A DNA stretch of 64,000 nt from the human T2T-CHM13v2.0 reference genome, Homo sapiens, in the NCBI RefSeq assembly GCF_009914755.1, contig NC_060930.1; one strand, 5' to 3'. Both the position numbers and the translations under genes were made by a program. Positions 55,085 to 64,000 of the stretch are shown in pieces. Every line of letters begins with the position of its first letter. Position 1 is the first letter of the stretch. Under the pieces are notes generated by a model. It had not been told where the DNA came from. It ran no database searches and was given only the letters and a program-made list of their open reading frames with translations.

Positions 55085-56204
55085 TCTTTAATGTTAAATG
55101 AAGCATAACAATAGCATGCCCACTTAGTGTCAGATTTTCCATGTTACATCACAATTTTGTTCTTCAGTTGATGCACGCATGCATATTGTAGACATTTCTC
55201 CCTCCCAGACTACAGACTTTCATGTAAAAATAAGTAATAATAGGACTCTGGGCTTTGTTTCCAGAAGTTCAAAGCACATGATGTTGTGAATCTCCAGATT
55301 TATCTTTTTGTCTAACCATTTATGTGGTGGATGGGTGACTATAAACATATTGACAGCTGCAGTTGACAGTGGACTTGCATTCACAGCCTTTCCAGGGACC
55401 TCCAAAAGGGGATGGGTGTAAAGAAAGTGACTTGCACTGCGGCAGCCTTTCATCTGCTAGCTTGTGCTTAGAAGTTTCTCATTAAGTTCCATTTCTAGAG
55501 ATGGCTGACTCCACAGTTGCTAAAAGCAAGAATAGAGAGTGGGTGGCACGGAGTAAGAACAGGAATAATGTCAGTTTTCCAGCAGAATATGCAAAGGGGT
55601 CCATTAAAAGACAGTCTGAGAGAGTTGTTAATGGGTGTAGAGTTTCAGATTTGCAAAATGAAAAAGTCTGAATATCTGTTTCACAACATTATGAATATAG
55701 GTAATACTACTAAGCTGTACACTAAAAATTGATTAGATGGTAAATTTTACATTATATGCTTTTTATCACAATAAAAAAGGACAGTGTGGAGGAAATAAAA
55801 AGTAAAGAGAGTGGTGGGCAGAAGGTGGAGGAATGATGCAATGAGGTGGGCGATCCCTTTAGAATAGAATTGGGAGGTTAACAAAGCAGTAGATGAAGTA
55901 GAATTAAAAGCTAAGCAGGGCAGAAAACTGAAACCTATGAGGAAAGAAAGGCAGAATTAACTGGCAAAGAGTAATAATTGCCACTAAGAACAAGAAAAAT
56001 CAGTGAGGCTCAGTGGAAATCAAACTAGAGCAAGAAAAAAGCATGAAGTAAAAACAAAAAAAGATTCACAAGAAAAAATGTTTAAGGAGTTTGTGAAAGG
56101 GGGAAGATGAAAAATATGATTAAAAACAGAATTCATAGAGCAGACAGATTCTAGGTACATTTGGCAACAGAAGAAAAACAAGTAGAAGTAAGGACCAGGG
56201 GATT

Positions 56205-56505
56205 CTATTTTATTTTATTTTTTAAACTGGCAGGTAACATGTATGTTTTTATCTTGTATAACATGATATTTTGAGGTATATATATATATATATATATGTT
56301 GTGAAATGGTTAAATCTAACTAATTAACAAATATATTACTGCATATAGTTATCATTTTTGTGCTGAGAACATTTAACATCCACTCTCTCTACATTTTTTA
56401 AGAATACAATATATAGTCATTAACCATAGTCACCATGCGGTATAATAGATCTCTTGAATTTATTCCTCCTAGATAACTGTGATTACATATCATTTGACCA
56501 ACATG
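56205..56505 (-). mobile_element. L1MA-type 3' end fragment with internal (TA)n
   Basis: ccatagtcaccatgcggtataatagatctcttgaatttattcctcct...tttgaccaacat. Confidence 0.7.
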
Positions 56506-57055
56506 TTTTAGAAATGAAATCTTCATACCACAAGGGTAGATACTTATGTTCATTTGGGTGTGGGTACAGTGGGTTTTCTGGGAAGAATACTTAAAACTGT
56601 TCCCTACTTACAGTATTGAAATAAGGAGATCCAGGATCAAGTTTTATGTCCTTGACAATGAGAAAAATGTCAATAAAGAATTATGCTGTACTTCAAATAT
56701 AAATTTATCTAATCAGCCTGTGTTTGAATAGCCAAGACCCTTTCAACATACAGGGATGGTATTATGGCAAATGGATCTCCAAATGTGAGTCTGAGTGGAT
56801 TGGAAAGTGTTCTCAAAAATTTTCCATTCAGAGTCTACTTCCCAGCCACTAGTTATGCACATTTATAAGGATGACATATGAAAGTTGCCTTCCTTCTACC
56901 AGAGACCACTGATTAATGCCTTCACAGAGAACATCTGTGGTGGGATCAGAGCGCTTCTCCCCCACAGAACTGCCAAATCCACCTTTGCACTGTGTCCGAT
57001 GTCCAGAAGGCTAATATTCCATAACTTAAAGATTTTTAAATTAAAGTTTTTCGTC

Positions 57056-57185
57056 CCCATTTATGCCTGAGGTAGCAATTTTTTGAATTTGAAAAATCAG
57101 ATCTTGGTGATGACCTTGAGCAGTAGAATATAAATAACTCCCACATGCTTAGTGTTCCAATAATGGAACACTAGGCATAAGTGAC
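57056..57185 (-). mobile_element. MER85, piggyBac (PGBD3)-derived MITE
   Basis: TIR cccatttatgcc at 57056, a degenerate TIR ggcataagtgac at the other end, and the internal palindrome gttccaataatggaac. Matches the recalled MER85 consensus in reverse. Confidence 0.88.
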
Positions 57186-58084
57186 TCAAACCTTTTACCC
57201 TTACACCTACAGAACTGCATACCAATTACTAGCCCCTCTTCACCTTTATATGCATGAAGTCTTTTTCCTTCTAAATTTGATTAAGTAGTACCATTGAGAA
57301 GAAGTTTATCTTTTAATCATTGTTTTAGTTCAGAATGTTGAAGTAAAGAAAATGAGAAAAGTTTTATTTATTTTTAATTTTCCAAACATAAAGGATAATT
57401 TAGCAAACTAAAAATATAGAATAAATGCCCCACTATAAGAATTGGAATTTTTTCATCTGGTTGTGGTATTTGTTATGAAATATTTTGTGCTCAAATGTTT
57501 TATGTTATTATTTGTTGTGCAGGTAAATATGTACTTACTTTGCAATCTAACATATCCTGAAAATAGTGACAAAAAGTGACTTTTTAAAATGTAATGTTTT
57601 AAACAATAGAAATGTCTTCCTAAAATAATAAATTCCTAAGAATAAAATTAACTCAGAAATCAGTAACTGATTTGTCACATTTTGGACACTCAAATGTATT
57701 TGGCATTTAATTAATGAAAATGACACAATAAATGAACAAATTGAATATTAAAGTCACTTTCCACAAAATGTGTGGAGTTATAGAATTAGAAGTTATATTT
57801 ATTTGTACTATAAAATCTAATCAATAGTGTTATAAATTAGTGACCATTCACCCATATTCAAATTTCAGAAGTCTGCCTTAATTAAATTATGCAATATGTT
57901 ACTTCAATATGGATCCTAAGGTATTTGACATTTAGCAGAATTTTTGCTTTGACATTGTACTCTCTTCAAAAGCCTTTATTACTCAAAGTAAAAAACAATG
58001 GACATAAACAAAGAAAATTGAGAAAAATAGAGCGCTACTTTCAATAGCACAATTTATTGCCCTAGTTGAATTTTATGGTTTATT

Positions 58085-58309
58085 CCAGGGCTTCTCAACC
58101 TCATTACTACTGACATTTTGACCCCAATAAGTCTTTGTTGGGGGAGTCCATCCTGTGTATTTTTTTAATGTTTAACAGCATACCTGGCCTTTACTCATTA
58201 GATGCCAGTAGCCCCCCACTTTCCCCCAAGTTGTGACAACCAAATATGTCTCTAGTCATTGCCAAATGTCACCTGGGGAACAAAACTGCCACTGGCTGAG
58301 AGCCACTGG
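58085..58309 (+). mobile_element. MER20 DNA transposon
   Basis: cagggcttctcaacct...ttgtgacaaccaaatatgtctctagtcattgccaaatgtc...tgagagccactgg. Confidence 0.85.
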
Positions 58310-58370
58310 TGTACTCTTTATGTACTTTAATCCTGTAGCAGAAGTTTCTGCAGGCTAAGGAATGCTTTTG

Positions 58371-58404
<34 letters not shown>

Positions 58405-58451
58405 AAATGTTATAGTTCTTATATTCATTTATTTCTTAAAAAATAAAACCT

Positions 58452-58750
<299 letters not shown>

Positions 58751-59470
58751 TCACTTATTTTATGTACAGCTCAATCTAAATCACGAGAAAATTTATATAT
58801 GTTTGTTTCAAAATATGGTTGAATATATTTTGTGTATGGCATATTCTTCATTTCGTCTCTAGTTATCACAAAAAGACATATAATAATACAGCTAATGCCT
58901 AAGCTAAGGAGGAAAACTATAAAAATGAAGGAATTTCATTTAAATATATTGGTTTTATTAGGATCATTTTAAATGAACTAGACCATTTATAGATTCTCAT
59001 GTTTTGCTGCAAAATTAAAAAATATATAACAATTTGCCATTAAAATAAAAATGTCTAATCTTTAACATTGGTCTTATGAATAGCATCTATAAACATTATG
59101 TGGAATGTGCTATAATTTTCTACTAACTCAATAGTATCTAAAATAACATTGTTAGTGATTTGTATCCTTGTCAAATGAAAAAAAATCTTTTTTAAAATGA
59201 TGTGAATGAGCCATGAACTTTTACCGTGTAGCCATAAAGACTGTTAGAAAGTATTAAGTAAGATTAATTTTCTGAAGATTCCAGTTTCATAATTTAACTA
59301 AGCCATCAAGGTTAATCAACATTTTTTGAGATTCATGGAGGAAAATATGCCAATTTAGCATCTTCCTTTTTTTCTGGGATTGTGCAATATAGAACAGTAT
59401 GATTTGACAGAAAAAAAAAAATGAGCGGAAGCAGCAATATGAATTTTACATAGCATCATTAACTTTTTAT

Positions 59471-59562
59471 ATAGGAGGAGAAAATAGGAGGAGAAAAGGT
59501 TTTTAAAATAGGAGGAGAAAAGGTTTTTAAAATTGGAGGAGAAAAGGTTGTTTTAGGAGAAA
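59471..59562 (+). repeat. 24-bp tandem repeat (aaaataggaggagaaaaggttttt), ~3 copies
   Basis: Direct reading. It explains the FSPPILKT repeats in the minus-strand ORF. Confidence 0.9.
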
Positions 59563-60415
59563 TATTGGTAATTTGAAATAAATGCAATAGTTTATAAAAA
59601 TATTCATTTAATATGCCAAAATATATTAATGTAAGTACTTTTAAACTATTTTGCCATAATTGATCATATATACATATATGAATATTTATATATGTGGGTA
59701 GTATATGCATCTTTTATATATATTTAATTTTATTAGAGCTAAATATAGACTTACTTTTATATATATATATATATCAATGGATATAAATTGGCTTTTGTTT
59801 TCCCAAAATTTTATGGGAAAAAAGTAAAACATCATATTTTTTGTCACCCTCTTTTTTTTTCCTACATATTATTTTAAAACTATATTTCCCAACAAGGTTC
59901 TCAGAATCTTAAAGAGATTTACATTGAATATTTCTATTGGCTGTTTTTTCAATATTTAAACATCCTATCACAACTAACTTAGGCAAATAAATAACACCAA
60001 TAGAAAGGGATGGGGTATCTCACAATTAAGGTATACTATGTGTGTTTCTAAAGTAACAACTTGCTAAGCATACATATGAAGAAAATTCTAGATGTATTAT
60101 ATTTACTTGCGTATTTCATCTGCCACTTTTTATGAACCTGGGCTTACCCTTACCAATGTTAAAGAAAAAAATGAACTTTTTGGGGAGTCATTTTCCTCTA
60201 TAAATTTCTACTCTCCTTAATCATATCTGTGGGTGTCATATCAAACATCTGGCCTTTTGAACTTCTAAGAGTATAGCAAGACTAGAGGTCCAACATCAAG
60301 ACAGGAGCTTTTGAACAAAAAAGCACATTTTTTCTCATTCCTTTTTATTGATGTTGTCTATTAGGGTGCTATTATGTATTGTCTCAAGTATTAAGAATTA
60401 GGATGAGAGTGGTGA

Positions 60416-60745
<330 letters not shown>

Positions 60746-61664
60746 TAAATACTGAATCTTCATGGTCTTTTGCAAAATATAACAATACTTATTCACAGTG
60801 GTTATTCTGAAAGAACACAAATTATGTTATTTAAGATCAATTGTGAATTCATTGTAGTAGTATGTTTGAAGAATTGATATATTCATATTTATGTTAAGCA
60901 TAATTATTTTCTTTAGAAATTTATATAAATTAGTTAAATTTCCAGTTCTATCAAGTTGTTAGAGGAGGAAAAGCATCTTCTGGTTTCATCGTCATTAGAA
61001 AGAGATTATCGTATTTTCCATTCATTTTGAAACAGGGCAAAGAGGAATATTTTATTTGAGTAGACACTCTGTTTGAAATTCTTTTTATTCAAAATATGGT
61101 AACTTTAAACCCACATTTTTAAATGGCAAAAAATCTATTTTCTAAAATGTGATGTTAAAAGTTAATATGCACTCTCAATTTTCAGATTTTTTAAAATTTT
61201 CTAATATAATAGAAGTCATTAATCCCAAAATTTTATAAATGTTAGGAGAATTATGTTGGGCCTTGGCTATCTAAATAAAAACTGAACTCTAGGAGATTAT
61301 CTCTGTTATAAGAGATTTAGTTTTCTATATTACTAGTTGATATTACTTCAACTTAAAAATAATTTGTGACTGTTTTACCATAAGGGAGAGAGGTGCATTT
61401 CCATTAAACACAAGGAAAGGTTTAAAATTTATGACATGAATTACTGTTCAAATGTAGAAAAAAGCACATGCAATTTTTCATTATTTTAACGAATTTTTAA
61501 ATTAATAATTGTATTTTATAAAAAATAAGAATGTTATCTCAACTGAGTTTTAACATATCTTTACATTTGTCTATTTAATGAGTTTTGCTTTTTAATTATA
61601 AAGAAAATGATCTTTGATTTTACTGCTCTGCTTTTGTTGTTGAAGCTTCTTTGCTTTATTACAG

Positions 61665-61829
61665 TACACGGAGTATGGGAGGAATGGTCACCATGGAGTT
61701 TATGTTCATTTACATGTGGTCGAGGCCAAAGAACAAGAACAAGGTCATGCACACCTCCTCAGTATGGAGGAAGGCCGTGTGAAGGACCTGAAACACATCA
61801 TAAGCCTTGTAATATTGCTCTTTGCCCAG
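61665..61829 (+). CDS. ADGRB3: ADGRB3 coding exon (165 bp, phase 1-1), thrombospondin type-1 repeat 2: [55 protein letters not shown]
   Basis: Acceptor cttctttgctttattacag ends at 61664 and the donor is CCAG|gtgagc at 61830. Canonical TSR motif, in frame with the previous exon (G+TA=Val). Confidence 0.96.
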
Positions 61830-64000
61830 GTGAGCCTATTCTGCATTTGGTTATGTTTGCATTATGTGCTTTTTATATGATTCCTAGTGTACACAAGAAA
61901 TATTAAGAGTACAACCTTCATTCAGTCACGTTGGGAAATGTGTCCTTTTCATTGTATCTTGCCTAAAACTGGGTACTTTTCTTGATTCTATCATATGTAG
62001 TATTGTAGAATATGTCCTTTAGTGTCAATCAACATTTACCTTTATTATATTTCTACAAATGTGTATATTAATATTTTTCACTAAGACTTTTATCTGCACT
62101 TGCTTTTTCCTTCTGGGAAAATTACAAGGAATCCTAAAGACTTGAGATTAATTATTGCCTTCACACTGGAACTAGGGAGATCTGATTTAGAGCCAGTTCT
62201 TCCTATGTTATTCTCTTACACTTATTCAATTAGGGAGTGGCAATGTACCACTGACCATGTGCTAGGGAATCAGACTTTCTAGATCTCTTGCTGGATGCAT
62301 AAAATGGCTAAATTGTAAACAATTTACAATCTTTATGGGATTATGAAGTCTATACAGTCTGTTCTTAGAGTGTATTTATGTTATCTTAAATTTTTAATTT
62401 TAAATTTAAATTTTAAAATTTTTCTTTCCTTTAAAATGTTTCTATTCTATTTTATCTATCCTTGATAATTAATTTCACCCATTATGCTAGAGGGAAGCCT
62501 TCACAATGCTGTCATTTAGTTTATTCCAACATCAAACAAATTCCTCCAAAATAAATAAGAATAATGTCCAGCTTCAAAGGACTTACAAGTTATAGAAGAA
62601 AATACACACACATAGATGATATAATCTCTCAGGGTTAGCAAAGACACATTTTAAAGAAAGAGATAGACATGAATGGATAATTGCAAAGGCTAAGATGGCA
62701 AAGATCAGTATAAGTAATCGCTCTCTTCTTGGGGAGATTTTCTCATTAGCCCATTTAGTCACATATTCTGCATGCAAGCAACATAGCTGGGATCCCAGTA
62801 CTGTTGTCCTCCAAACATATCCTGAAACTCACCCTCAGTCCCACTGACCGTTTAAATACCCCCAAGTTAATGTCCTGAACTATGAAGCAATGCTTCAAAG
62901 TCCTTCTGGAAGTTTTAAATATATAAAACGTGAAGAATATGAAAAACAATCCAATGTGTAGATATGCAAAAGTCATCTAACAAACTTAATTGTTCCCTTC
63001 AGAGAAGGACTACTAGGTTCCTGTACTTAATGACTAGAATTAAAGATGAAGGCAAATAATTATAATTACATTATTTTACTGACTAATATAAATATTTCCT
63101 AAAATTTTATGAATTCTGTGAATTATGAGTGTAACTTATGAGTTAATATTCATACAATTATGAATATTAGATGGTCAAAACCATGATTACTTATTTGTTA
63201 ACCAGTACTAGAAAATCTATTTATGAGATCAGTAACATTCTGTCTTATTTCTCTCTCTATAAACACACAGGCAGGCAGACACACACATATGTAGTGATGC
63301 CTTGTGCTTTCAACAAAGATTTGGAAAAATTTATACTTTTTAAATTTTTTTCAATGCTGAGCTGTAACATTTACATAGAATCAAATATAGTTTACTCTTA
63401 TTTGTCCATGAAGTGCAAAGAAATAGACAATATGGAGAAATAAAAGACAAGAACTAACTATAGAAACTTTTTAAATACTTTTTTGTTACTTCTTTTATGT
63501 CAGCTGGACTTCATAAATACAAACATAAAAATGGCATTGATTGGTTAAAATATTGTGAACCAAGTTTCTCATAGTCTACTTTCCATTAACTTTTCTAGGA
63601 GCAAAATCCTTAGATATCAGTAGAGAGGCTATGTTACAGTTCAGATGTGAAAACTTATTTTCTTAAGTTGATATGGTTGTGGAACTTTATCACTCAAGTA
63701 GTAACACAAGTTTTTAAGCTACTTGGATATTAGTGGTATTATCTTATCATTGGAAGCACTCTAAGTCCAATAAAATCAGATGGCTTTCTTTCATGTAGGT
63801 CCTTTGTTTTTGTGCATTATGACTATATTATTTGTAAATGTAGCCTAGCTCATAGTCTCTCATAAGTGAACATATGGGCATATCCTTGAGTACTTAAACG
63901 TATCATGTGCCATTTCTGACTTCCGTTGTTTTCATTCTTGAATTTAGTTGCATCATAAAAGATGTAGAATTCTTATCACATTGTATCCCTATGAACTTAG

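Noticed and set aside
57095-57180. C/D-box snoRNA-like or miRNA-like hairpin (GTGATGA)
   Set aside because: Fully explained by MER85.
61607-61906. Standalone 99-aa ORF with a signal-peptide-like N-terminus and one TSR
   Set aside because: The hydrophobic ends are translated T-rich splice flanks. The canonical splice sites define an internal exon.

Overview
This is AT-rich primate genomic DNA, almost certainly human, from the adhesion GPCR gene ADGRB3 (BAI3), transcribed on the + strand. The first ~48 kb is the 3' part of a long intron. Three internal phase-1/phase-1 coding exons follow: 48062-48172 (linker), 54353-54514 (TSR1) and 61665-61829 (TSR2); from recall these are probably exons 4-6. 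The rest is interspersed repeat: Alus, a 5'-deleted LTR12, a THE1 solo LTR, MLT LTRs, three young L1PA insertions with target-site duplications (TSDs), old L1M/L2/MIR pieces, DNA transposons including MER85, and simple or tandem repeats. Almost all other ORFs in the track are repeat-derived or chance. I cannot demonstrate a new biological system from sequence alone. The best leads are: (1) a candidate recursive-splice site plus a 101-nt mini-intron at 7767-7873; (2) three independent L1PA insertions that all break within the same ~25-nt L1 motif; (3) a twin-primed L1PA3 that left a sense 5'UTR and an intact 338-aa ORF1 without ORF2; (4) a MER85 with an intact internal palindrome; (5) an LTR12 promoter in gene-sense orientation fused to a truncated Alu. 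Repeat subfamily calls come from recalled consensus sequences, not a database search.
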